Of a stretch of DNA of 54,954 bases, positions 45,748 to 54,237 are shown one piece after another. The stretch covers positions 17,886 through 72,839 of the forward strand of contig CAZOMD010000002.1 in NCBI GenBank assembly GCA_964580895.1, given 5' to 3'. The notes beneath the pieces were generated by a model, which was not told where the DNA came from, did no database searches, and saw nothing but the letters and a program-made list of their open reading frames with translations. Every line of letters starts with the position of its first letter. Within the stretch, counting starts at the first letter, position 1. Source of the stretch: an uncultured Planctomycetia bacterium. GTDB lineage: Bacteria; Omnitrophota; Gorgyraeia; Tantalellales; Tantalellaceae. Made by a program: the position numbers and the translations under genes.

Positions 45748-45887
45748 GGGGAGGGAGGTTATATCCTGCGCGCCTCCGCAATTTGCCTGTTATTCCCATA
45801 CTTCAGGCGGAGAGTATCAAAGAAGTGTAAAATACTATTATCCTTATAGGCGGCAAATCGCGTGCGGCGCTCGGATATGCCCTCCCC
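45748..45887. other. ~140-nt segment closed by GGGGAGGG...ATATCC / GGATAT.CCCTCCCC; candidate small structured RNA
   Basis: Closing pairs 45748-45755/45880-45887 and 45761-45766/45873-45878. Inner pair ATTTGCC 45781-45787 / GGCAAAT 45852-45858. The strand is undetermined. Confidence 0.3.
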
Positions 45888-46006
45888 ATGCTGCATGAGA
45901 TAATACGGACCTGTATGCGGTCGATCTTCGACTTTTTGACTGTACCAACGTCCCCCGTCCGAGCGAGCGTTAGCTCGCGAACGTCCCACGTTCCTCGGAA
46001 CGCTTA

Positions 46007-46077
46007 GCTTTTTGCTTCTCTCCCCCGACTCTGACTCTTCGCAACCAACGAACTATCGAACCGGCCAACCGGCAAAC
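46007..46077 (-). repeat. inverted copy of the 17140-17222 intergenic module
   Basis: The reverse complement reads GTTTGCCGGTTGGCCGGTTCG...GGTTGCGAAGAGTCAGAGTCGGGGGAGAGAAGCAAAAAGC. Confidence 0.7.
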
Positions 46078-46108
46078 CAACACATCTCTGGTTATGGAGT
46101 ACCTAATG

Positions 46109-46117
46109 TGATATACT
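46109..46117 (+). promoter_or_regulatory. candidate extended -10 element (TGaTATACT) upstream of the TPR gene
   Basis: TG-N-TATACT lies 45 nt upstream of ATG 46162 and is bracketed by the inverted repeat ATCTCTG/CAGAGAT. Confidence 0.35.
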
Positions 46118-46161
46118 GACCAAATAAGTCGCAGAGATCAAGCCGTAAAGGAGGATAACAG

Positions 46162-47040
46162 ATGAAATGCCGCTTTTGGGTGATAACAGCTATTCTGCTC
46201 GCGGTGATATCCGCGTCATCGTTTTATTCTGTCGCGGAAGAGATCCGGACGAGTGACCGAGACGTACAAACGCTTCTTTCGGACGCGGACGGGTACATGT
46301 CCGAAAAAAAATGGGATAAAGCGCTGGAAGTGTTCGACCAGATATTTGAACTCGACCCGTCCAACGAGACAGCCCTTTTAAGGGCGGCGTTCATAAATTT
46401 TCAAGTGCGAAAAGATAGTGAAAAGGCGTATGGGTACGCGAAAAGGCTTCTGGAGATAAATCCCGAGAATTATCTGGCGCTTGTCATATTAGGACATTGC
46501 CACGTCCTGCGCGGGGAGATCGATACGGCGATAGGCTGTTTCGAAAGATCTGTCGCGATAAACCCGAGTGACGAGGATTCGCTGACGATGCTGGGGATGC
46601 TGGAGCTCAACTACAGGGACGATCCCAAAAAAGCGGTCGGTTATTTCGAACGGGCGTACGCGGTGAACCCCGCGGGTATCGAAACGCTTATCAACCTGGC
46701 GGGGATCTACCTTGACATCATTAAGGACCTGGATAAAGCGGCTAAATACGCTGAAGAAGTTATCGCGCTCGATGAGGGAAATTATATGGCGTGGGTGATA
46801 TTGGGAGAGGTGAGTATCAAAAAAAATGAGATGGACAAGGCTTTGGAGTGTTTTGATAAGGCGGTAAAGATGTCGCCTAACGAGATCACTTATTACGCCA
46901 TAGGGCTTTGTTACGAAAAGATGGGCGAGCTTGATAAGGCTAAAGAGGCTCTCGAGACGGCGCGTGAAATGAATAAGGACGATAATTTTGGAGTCGATAT
47001 CGACGCGGCGCTGGGAAGGGTCACTAACGCTGATGTATAG
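46162..47040 (+). CDS. secreted/anchored tetratricopeptide-repeat protein
   Basis: 292 aa. N-terminal hydrophobic segment FWVITAILLAVISASSF, then about six repeats with the TPR-like A..Y/F..A..L.P pattern. Confidence 0.8.
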   Translation: MKCRFWVITAILLAVISASSFYSVAEEIRTSDRDVQTLLSDADGYMSEKKWDKALEVFDQIFELDPSNETALLRAAFINFQVRKDSEKAYGYAKRLLEINPENYLALVILGHCHVLRGEIDTAIGCFERSVAINPSDEDSLTMLGMLELNYRDDPKKAVGYFERAYAVNPAGIETLINLAGIYLDIIKDLDKAAKYAEEVIALDEGNYMAWVILGEVSIKKNEMDKALECFDKAVKMSPNEITYYAIGLCYEKMGELDKAKEALETAREMNKDDNFGVDIDAALGRVTNADV

Positions 47041-47258
47041 GCCCAGTTTTTTCTCCGGGCAGAGGTAACGACCTGGCTATAATCAATGTTGTCACGCAGT
47101 CTTTCATTGTCTTTTCCGAACAAGGTATAAGATCCGGTCATCGAAGGGCTTTCCTGAAGAAGATGAGTCTTCTCGGGATGAACGATACTGGACGAAGAAA
47201 TCGGATACAGGTATATTTACTGTGATGGATCGGTATATTTGCCGGATGAGATAGCATT

Positions 47259-47741
47259 ATGATCGCGAAAAAAATAATATCGCTGGGCATGTTTTTAAAG
47301 ATCGTGTTCTTAACCGTCGTATCTTTTGGAGGGGACGGGAAAGAAGTAAAACTTCCCGATCTTATCCCTTTTGGTTTTAGGCTGTCGTCAAATGAAGTTT
47401 CCGTCAAGGTGCAGAATCTGTATGATGCCCCGGAAGTGCTTAAGAACGTAAAGGTGACGTTTTCGCATGTTTTTTTCGACAAGCATGGGAATCGGGTCAG
47501 TGAAAAGCTTAAGGACGCGCATATAAAAGAACTGCCCTGCGGCGGTATGTCCAAAGCTGTCAGAGTAACGGCGCGTCTTCCGGCGACTATTTCTTACACG
47601 GATAAGGCCATTGAAGCCGTTGTGGACCCGGATAATGCTATCGAGGAGGCGAGCGAGAAAAATAATACCGCGAATAATTCCGTAAAGCCTCAAGTGTCTG
47701 CGGGTGCCGATATGTATGGGAAGCTGAATTTAGAAAAGTAG
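47259..47741 (+). CDS. secreted hypothetical protein, CARDB-like domain
   Basis: 160 aa. Signal-like N-terminus, LPDLIP start, and a VVDPDNAIEEASEKNNTANNSV end resembling the CARDB-domain terminal motif (vDp.n.i.E.nE.NN). Confidence 0.5.
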   Translation: MIAKKIISLGMFLKIVFLTVVSFGGDGKEVKLPDLIPFGFRLSSNEVSVKVQNLYDAPEVLKNVKVTFSHVFFDKHGNRVSEKLKDAHIKELPCGGMSKAVRVTARLPATISYTDKAIEAVVDPDNAIEEASEKNNTANNSVKPQVSAGADMYGKLNLEK

Positions 47742-47794
47742 TATATGTTTTAGAAGTTTTAGCTTTGCGAAATTTCGCGGGCAGAAGGCTTACT

Positions 47795-48121
47795 TTGAAA
47801 CGAAACGGATTTACACTCATTGAGATCATGATAGTCGTGACTATCATAGCCGTGCTTCTATCGATTTCCATACCGAATTTTTTTAAGACCCGCCAAACGG
47901 CGCAAACGAACTCGTGTTTGGCGAACCTAAAATGCATGCAGGATGGTAAAAACCTTTGGGCGATAGAGAAGGGAGGCACTTCCAAAACTGTCGTAAGTTG
48001 GTCAGACTTGGTCCCGGTATATATCAAGACTACGCCTTCTTGTCCCGCGAAAGGGACGTACTCGATCAATACGGTTGATAGTCTGCCGACCTGCAGCGAG
48101 TCAGGCCACGAGCTGCACTGA
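47795..48121 (+). CDS. prepilin-type N-terminal cleavage/methylation domain protein (type IV pilin / T2SS pseudopilin-like)
   Basis: KRNGFTLIEIMIVVTIIAVLLSISIPNF. TTG 47795 has GAAGG 7 nt upstream; the track start at 47765 is also TTG. Four Cys in the C-terminal domain. Confidence 0.75.
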   Translation: MKRNGFTLIEIMIVVTIIAVLLSISIPNFFKTRQTAQTNSCLANLKCMQDGKNLWAIEKGGTSKTVVSWSDLVPVYIKTTPSCPAKGTYSINTVDSLPTCSESGHELH

Positions 48122-48272
48122 GATCCATGGGGGACCCGGCGCTTTATGAGGGCTTGACGCATTGCTTCAAAACACGTATAACAATAAGTGGTAAGATTTT
48201 TTTGCTTGTGTGAGACCTTTCGGGGTTTGAGATTTTTGCTCCACATGGCGACGCGGGAGAGAATGAGGCGAT

Positions 48273-49055
48273 ATGAAAACTATTCTAATCCTTGATGATG
48301 ATAAAGAGCTGGCGGAGATGCTGACGATACCTTTGGTCGAGAAAGGGTATGACGTAATTACCGCCGCGAGCGGAAAAGAAGGTCTTGAAAAACTTACGGA
48401 GAACGAAGTCGATCTTATCATCCTGGACCTAAAACTTACTGACATGAGCGGTCTCGAATTTTTCAGCAAGGTATCTACCCCCCATGGACGGTCCAAATAC
48501 CCTATACTTGTGATGACGGGGCGATCGGATCTGGAAACCGTATTTCAGGATATAGACGTGGAGGGATTTATAGCTAAACCGTGCGATCTGGATGATTTTA
48601 TGAAAGCGGTTGACAGGATAATCACGGCCCGTCGGACAAGAGGCGGTGTTTTTTTGATAGACATAGAGGAAAAGGCCCACACAAAAGCGATAAGGGAGGC
48701 TCTCGAGAGAGAGAATTACCGCGTGATAGTCGCCGAGGGAATAACGATGCTTAGGGAAAAACTGGCCGCGTTCAAACCGGATTGCATAGTAATGGAATAT
48801 ATGCAGGACGACCTCCCGGGAAGTGAATTTATAGCCAGGATAAAGGAAATACTGGCCGGATTTTCACCTAGCGATTGGCCCGGGGTCCAAACTGTCCCGG
48901 TCATAGTTTATACGGTGTCCCGGAACGATATCGAACGCGAAAGCCTGGCATCCGGCGCCGACGTATGTGTAAAAAATCCAAGCGATCCTGAAAATATAGT
49001 CACCGAAATACGCAAAATGGAACAAAAGAATAAGGGGCGGGGAGAAGAGATCTAG
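48273..49055 (+). CDS. orphan response regulator with two receiver domains and no output domain
   Basis: REC1: ILILDDD...DLIILDLKLTDMSG...AKP. REC2: CIVMEYMQDDLPG has Glu where the phospho-acceptor Asp is expected. Confidence 0.8.
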   Translation: MKTILILDDDKELAEMLTIPLVEKGYDVITAASGKEGLEKLTENEVDLIILDLKLTDMSGLEFFSKVSTPHGRSKYPILVMTGRSDLETVFQDIDVEGFIAKPCDLDDFMKAVDRIITARRTRGGVFLIDIEEKAHTKAIREALERENYRVIVAEGITMLREKLAAFKPDCIVMEYMQDDLPGSEFIARIKEILAGFSPSDWPGVQTVPVIVYTVSRNDIERESLASGADVCVKNPSDPENIVTEIRKMEQKNKGRGEEI

Positions 49056-49187
49056 GTTTGTTTTAGATCGAAAAGATTATACGTTTTGTCGTTCCCGCAG
49101 AGTTTGGAATATTTCCCGTCTTTTAAACCGTTTCTGAAATATCCGGCCGGACAAAAATAACATTTAACGCAGTGTTTGAAGATATCC

Positions 49188-50417
49188 ATGAAAAGAAAAT
49201 ATTACAAGGACAGACCAAAACCGGAGCTGGTTGCGCCGGCGGGGTCGTGGGAGACCCTCACAAGCGCGATAGCTTCGGGTGCCGACGCCGTTTATTTTGG
49301 GGTGAAGGGATTTAACATGAGGCGGTCGGCGGCGAATTTTGATATCCTTGAACTTAAGAAGGTCATGGCGACATTAAGCCGCGCAGCCGTTAAAGGATAC
49401 CTCGCGCTCAACGTGACCGTGTATGATGACGAGCTCGTGAAAATAGAAAAGGTACTGCGTAAGGCCAGGGAGGCCGGGGTCGATGCCGTGATAGCGTGGG
49501 ATATGGCCGTTCTTGATATGGCGGTGAAAACCGGTCTTAAAGTGCATCTGTCAACCCAGGCAAGTGTCAGTAATTTTGCCTCGATGAAAGTTTTTAGTTC
49601 ATTAGGCGTAAAGCGGATAGTCCTGGCGCGCGAATGCACATTAAGACAGATAACGGCGATGATAAAAAAAGGACGGGCAGAAGGGCTCGATTGCGAAATA
49701 GAGACGTTTATCCATGGAGCGATGTGTCTGAGCGTTTCGGGAAGATGTTTTATGTCGGAAGATTCATTCGGCCGGTCGGCAAATAGGGGTGATTGTTTGC
49801 AGCCCTGCAGGCGAGAATTCATCATAGAGGATATCGATAGAGAATGCAGGTATGTTATAGGCAACAATTATGTTTTAAGCGCGAGGGATTTATGCACGAT
49901 CAGGTTTATCGACCGGTTGATCGACTCCGGCATTTCCGCGTTCAAGATAGAAGGAAGGATGCGCCCCGCGGAATATGTAAGGATAGTGACATCAGCGTAC
50001 AGAGAGGCGATAGACGATCACTTTGAGGGGCGCCTGACAAGGGACAAAAAAGAAAACCTGTATAAAAGGCTTCTCGGGGTTTTTAATAGGGGATTTGACG
50101 AGGGGTTTTTTATGAAACGTCCGGCTGGACCGGGGAAGGAACCGGCGAGACCCTACGAAAAGATATTTGTCGGGGAGGTCAAAAAGTTTTATAGGAAGAT
50201 AAGCGTGGCGGAAATAGCGTTATTTTGCGAAGGGATCAAGACCGGGGATGAGATACTTGTTACCGGGAGGAGAACCCCCGCGCAATTCATGGAAGTGACA
50301 GATCTGGAGATCGAGCACAAAAAAGTCAAGTCTGCCGAGAAAGGCGGATCGGTTGGGCTTAAATGCAAGTTCGAGGTCCATCCCGGGGATAAAGTTTTTC
50401 TCTGGAAAGAGGATTAA
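49188..50417 (+). CDS. peptidase U32 family protein (Fe-S hydroxylase-like)
   Basis: ELVAPAGSWETL...GADAVYFG N-terminus. Cys cluster HGAMCLSVSGRCFMS...GDCLQPCR. ATG 49188 lies within track ORF 49176-50417. Confidence 0.85.
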   Translation: MKRKYYKDRPKPELVAPAGSWETLTSAIASGADAVYFGVKGFNMRRSAANFDILELKKVMATLSRAAVKGYLALNVTVYDDELVKIEKVLRKAREAGVDAVIAWDMAVLDMAVKTGLKVHLSTQASVSNFASMKVFSSLGVKRIVLARECTLRQITAMIKKGRAEGLDCEIETFIHGAMCLSVSGRCFMSEDSFGRSANRGDCLQPCRREFIIEDIDRECRYVIGNNYVLSARDLCTIRFIDRLIDSGISAFKIEGRMRPAEYVRIVTSAYREAIDDHFEGRLTRDKKENLYKRLLGVFNRGFDEGFFMKRPAGPGKEPARPYEKIFVGEVKKFYRKISVAEIALFCEGIKTGDEILVTGRRTPAQFMEVTDLEIEHKKVKSAEKGGSVGLKCKFEVHPGDKVFLWKED

Positions 50418-50418
50418 C

Positions 50419-51033
50419 ATGGCTGACAATGTCGGGAAAAAGTTCGAGGACTGGACAAAGGGGTTAACTTTGGAAGAGAGCATGGTAAGAATCTTTGAGA
50501 ATATCAGGGACATTCCTTATTACATTTCGCCGGAGCTTTTTGACCGGGAAACCGGACCGAGAAAAATGCTTGTCCAAAATAGGGGTTTTTGTAATCCTAA
50601 ACACTATCTTATGGGAATGATGTTTGAGAGGCTTGGGATGAAGGTGAGATATTGGAGCTGTTCCTTTAGGTGGGATGAGATGAGAGTAGATTGTCCGGAA
50701 GAGATAAAAGAAGCGGCCAAGAGACTTCCCTATACATATCATTTGGCCTGTCATGTGGAGATCGGGCATAAATGGGTCCTGGTTGACGCGACGTGGGATA
50801 AAACGCTTTTAAGAACGGGATTCCCCGTCAATTTGGAATGGGACGGCAGAAACGGGATGAGACCGGCGGTGATCCCGATAAAAGAGTTTGTGCATAAAAG
50901 CGCGTCCGAAAGAGAGAGTGAGTTCATCCCGAAAATAATGGCATATACGGCGAGAGAGAAACTTAGTCTTGCGAGGTTCGCCACAAGGATCAATGCCTGG
51001 CTTAATGATGTCAGAAGCGACATTGAGTTTTAA
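50419..51033 (+). CDS. transglutaminase-like superfamily protein
   Basis: Start at ATG 50419, immediately after the U32 stop codon. Candidate Cys (RGFCNPKH), His (HLACHVE) and Asp (VDATWD) in transglutaminase-core order. Confidence 0.6.
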   Translation: MADNVGKKFEDWTKGLTLEESMVRIFENIRDIPYYISPELFDRETGPRKMLVQNRGFCNPKHYLMGMMFERLGMKVRYWSCSFRWDEMRVDCPEEIKEAAKRLPYTYHLACHVEIGHKWVLVDATWDKTLLRTGFPVNLEWDGRNGMRPAVIPIKEFVHKSASERESEFIPKIMAYTAREKLSLARFATRINAWLNDVRSDIEF

Positions 51034-51100
51034 TGGTTTTCGTGTTAGAATCACACCGATATAGTTTTGATAATTAAACTTTGCCGGCGAGAGGGGGCGT

Positions 51101-51757
51101 ATGATAGATCTTCACACGCATACGATACTGAGCGACGGAGTGCTTATCCCGAGTGAACTTGTAAGACGCGCAAGTGTTCTCGGGTGCGAGGCCATCGCTC
51201 TTACCGACCATGTTGACGATTCTAACATAGAACCTGTCATAATGGGTCTTGTAAATGTTTCCAGGACGCTGAATAAGTACTGGGACATTTTTGTAATTCC
51301 CGGGGTGGAACTTACGCACCTGCCTTTGGAGCGATTCCCGGAACTAGTGAAGTTCGCGAGAAGGAAGGGAGCGAAGATAATAGTCGGACATGGGGAAAGT
51401 CCGGCTGAACCGGTGATAAGAGGTACCAACCGTGCCGCTATCGAAGCGGGGGTAGATATTTTGGCCCACCCGGGGTATATAACGGAGGAGGACGTTTCTT
51501 TAGCGGTAAAAAAGGGGGTGTATCTCGAAATGACCCTGAGGAGAGGACATAAAGAGGCGAACGCGCATGTTCTTAAAATCTCTGGCAGAATGGGCGCGGA
51601 GATTGTGTTAAATTCTGACGGGCACTCTCCGGAGGATATTTTACCGGCCGATAAAAGAACTGAATTTCTGGCCACCTATACAACTTCTGAAGATGTAATT
51701 TGCCGTATAGTGAAGAACTCTGAGCGCATAGTAAAAGCGATTCGGTCTGAGAAATAA
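51101..51757 (+). CDS. PHP-domain phosphoesterase (histidinol-phosphatase-related)
   Basis: 218 aa. IDLHTHTILSDG, ALTDH, and GHGE/AHPG metal-ligand motifs. Confidence 0.75.
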   Translation: MIDLHTHTILSDGVLIPSELVRRASVLGCEAIALTDHVDDSNIEPVIMGLVNVSRTLNKYWDIFVIPGVELTHLPLERFPELVKFARRKGAKIIVGHGESPAEPVIRGTNRAAIEAGVDILAHPGYITEEDVSLAVKKGVYLEMTLRRGHKEANAHVLKISGRMGAEIVLNSDGHSPEDILPADKRTEFLATYTTSEDVICRIVKNSERIVKAIRSEK

Positions 51758-51816
51758 AAATCCCGCGTAACTACCAATTTTATTCTCTTAACGAATATTT
51801 TTTAACTATTTTTGGC

Positions 51817-51844
51817 TTGACTTGAATAGTGGATATGTTATACT
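51817..51844 (+). promoter_or_regulatory. sigma-70 type promoter with a long (~220-nt) leader for the OM protein gene
   Basis: TTGACT, 16-nt spacer, TATACT, in an AT-rich region. Confidence 0.5.
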
Positions 51845-52072
51845 TCTAAAAATTAGATAACACCATTGTTAATTAAAAGTTAGCTCATTACGATTATAGA
51901 ATGTACCGCCGAGGCAATTTCGATACAGGCAAGGAAAGGGGGGAGGAAATACATTATTTGAATAATGCTGCCAGGGGTTGCCAACTTTAGCACTAAGGCG
52001 ATACTTATAAAAGAGGACGAAGAAGAGAAAGTTTAAGAAGTACGATATACATCACTACTTTAAGGAGGTAGG

Positions 52073-53542
52073 ATGAAGTTATTTAGACTATTATGTGTAT
52101 TAGCGCTCGTTCTCGTGGCGTCCACGATGGCGTATGCTGAAACACAGAGCGTTAAAGTAAGCGGAGATATTGCGCTCCGTTCGTTCGCCAGAGGCGATTA
52201 TGATCTCGATGCGGATGATATCGAGGCCAACGCCGGTACTGAATCGAACGATTGGGCGACATATCTACTCAACACAGCGGAAGTACAGGTCGACGCGGAC
52301 CTTACCGACAATGTCGGCGGTACGATAAGACTTATCAACCAGAGAGTATGGGGCGATGACAACTTTGATTCTGATGCCGCGGGCGAACTGCAGACAGTTA
52401 CCGCCAACGGTCAGACATTAGCAAGGGCAACTAACGGAGCTGGCGCGGCGTTTGAGGTCCAGGTCGACCTTGCTTACATCGAGTTAAAAGAGTTCCTTTA
52501 TTCTCCGCTTACGCTGAAGTTAGGGCGTCAGGATCTTTGGTTCGGCAAGGGTTTTATTGTCGGTGCTAATTTTCTTGATCCTTCAAGTGGGATCGGCGCC
52601 GGTTCGATCTATCCTTATGAATACACAGCGATCACATCGTTCGATGCCGCGCGCGCGACATTGGACTACGATCCTTGGACCATCGATGCCGTATTCGCGA
52701 AGATAGCTGAGAACTCGGACAGATCAGACGATGATATCAACCTTTATGGTGTTAACGTGGGTTACGTTTTTGATTCCTACAACGCGGAAGCCGAAGCGTA
52801 CTACTGGATGAAGCAGTCGAGGAATCTTGGCGGTACTGTCGCGGGGCGTGTTATACCGCTGGTAAGCGCCAATGGCAACGTAGAGAATGATGTACATACA
52901 ATCGGTGGACGTGGCAGCTTCGATCCAATCGAAGACTGGACGCTCGCTCTCGAAAGCGCGTATCAGTTCGGTCAGTATCTGAATACGGACGCGCAGGTAA
53001 CGGCTAGAGACAGAAGCGCGTGGGCGCTCGACGCAAGCGCGGAATGCCGCTATTGGCAGGATAACTTCGCGTGGAAACCCGTTCTTGGCATAGAGTACAT
53101 ATATTACTCCGGCGAGGAATATCTCGGCGACCAGGGCGCGGGTACGGTAGGCAAGTATAATGGTTGGGACCCGATGTTCCGCGGTAAGTTTGACACCGCG
53201 ATCAGGGAGTTCCAGAACGTATACTACAATACCGCCCAGGCGAGTACCCCGTCGTTCACGAACCAGCATCAGGTATTGGTGACCGGTTCGGTAGAGCCGA
53301 CGGACAGTTTGACGGCGAGTGCGACTTACGGGCACTTCTGGCTAGTTGAGAAGTTCTCGTCGGTCTTGAATCTGAGCAACCAGGATATCGGCGATGAAGT
53401 CGATCTTCAGCTGACTTGGGATTACACGGAAGATGTGCAGTTCAACCTTTTGAGCGCATGGTTCTTCCCGGGTGATCATTGGTCAAATGGCCAGGATGAT
53501 GTGGCCAGCGATATCGTTGGTACGGTAAAACTTAGCTTCTAA
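52073..53542 (+). CDS. outer-membrane beta-barrel protein (alginate-export / porin-like)
   Basis: 489 aa. Signal peptide ending MAYA-ET, LKLGRQDLWFGKGFIVG motif, alternating amphipathic strands, and a C-terminal ...VKLSF aromatic terminus. Confidence 0.6.
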   Translation: MKLFRLLCVLALVLVASTMAYAETQSVKVSGDIALRSFARGDYDLDADDIEANAGTESNDWATYLLNTAEVQVDADLTDNVGGTIRLINQRVWGDDNFDSDAAGELQTVTANGQTLARATNGAGAAFEVQVDLAYIELKEFLYSPLTLKLGRQDLWFGKGFIVGANFLDPSSGIGAGSIYPYEYTAITSFDAARATLDYDPWTIDAVFAKIAENSDRSDDDINLYGVNVGYVFDSYNAEAEAYYWMKQSRNLGGTVAGRVIPLVSANGNVENDVHTIGGRGSFDPIEDWTLALESAYQFGQYLNTDAQVTARDRSAWALDASAECRYWQDNFAWKPVLGIEYIYYSGEEYLGDQGAGTVGKYNGWDPMFRGKFDTAIREFQNVYYNTAQASTPSFTNQHQVLVTGSVEPTDSLTASATYGHFWLVEKFSSVLNLSNQDIGDEVDLQLTWDYTEDVQFNLLSAWFFPGDHWSNGQDDVASDIVGTVKLSF

Positions 53543-53563
53543 GTGGTATAAGTAGAAAGCTAT

Positions 53564-53604
53564 AAAAAAGCTCCGGTATCCGAAAAGGATACCGGAGCTT
53601 TTTT
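53564..53604. terminator. bidirectional rho-independent terminator
   Basis: A6, then GCTCCGGTATCC / GGATACCGGAGC (12-bp perfect stem, loop GAAAA), then T6. Confidence 0.85.
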
Positions 53605-53825
53605 ATTTGCCCCGGACCATTCTCCTAAGGTGGTGCTGCCCGGGGCCAAGAAGGTTCTGGGCTCTTGTTCCGGCTCCAATGTGGCACGGAAAGTTTCGTC
53701 CCATGCCTGCCTCAACCTTAAATCCCAACCTACCTTTGGCCTGCGTATAAGGACGAAGTGGAGTAGTGCGCAGACTGGTTCACCAGTTGACCGCGCCCGG
53801 AGGCATAAATTGTTCCAGTTTCCTA

Positions 53826-53853
53826 TTGCAAATTTCGCCATACATATTAGAAT
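53826..53853 (+). promoter_or_regulatory. candidate promoter for the DUF4870-like gene
   Basis: TTGCAA, 16-nt spacer, TAGAAT. Confidence 0.35.
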
Positions 53854-53906
53854 ATACCTAATTATGCCGAGTGAAATTGAGAAGTGATATCACGAAAGGG
53901 GAAAGC

Positions 53907-54224
53907 ATGACTAAAGGCAAAGATGACCAAAAAGTCGAGGTAATGGCAATATTTTCATATCTATGGATTTTGTGCCTTATCCCGCTCCTTAAAAAAGACA
54001 AGAACGATTTCACGCTTTTTCATGCGCGGCAAGGACTTGTATTGTTTCTCGCGGAGATAGGGGTGTGGGTCTTTGGTATAGTGCCGATAATCGGGCCGCT
54101 AATAGGGCTTCTAGGTTTTTTGGCTTGCGCGGCACTTTCTATTATCGGGATATCGCAGATTATTAAAGGTAATGAGTGGAAGATGCCCGTTCTCGGAGAG
54201 TGGGCCCAAAAGCTTAAAGTGTAA
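53907..54224 (+). CDS. small integral membrane protein, DUF4870-like
   Basis: ATG 53907 follows AAGGGGAAAG. FSYLWILCLIPLL...FHARQGLVLF pattern, with 3 predicted TM segments. Confidence 0.6.
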   Translation: MTKGKDDQKVEVMAIFSYLWILCLIPLLKKDKNDFTLFHARQGLVLFLAEIGVWVFGIVPIIGPLIGLLGFLACAALSIIGISQIIKGNEWKMPVLGEWAQKLKV

Positions 54225-54237
54225 AAAGGCCATATTC

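Noticed and set aside
45716-45989. 60-aa (+) and 76-aa (-) ORFs in the tRNA-TPR gap
   Set aside because: They mutually overlap, lack a Shine-Dalgarno, are Arg/Gly-rich and low in complexity, and coincide with stem-forming sequence.
53560-53887. RNase P, tmRNA, SRP or 6S RNA in the 53.6-kb gap (and ORFs of 93 aa on - and 85 aa on +)
   Set aside because: I looked for GAGGAAAGUCCGGGC-type (RNase P), GGUCCGGAAGGAAGCAGCC-type (SRP) and tRNA-like 3' end (tmRNA) signatures on both strands. Only weak partial resemblances turned up (GGAGAATGGTCCGGGGC; GAGCCGGAACAAGAGCCC), which is insufficient. The tract is kept only as an unassigned candidate.
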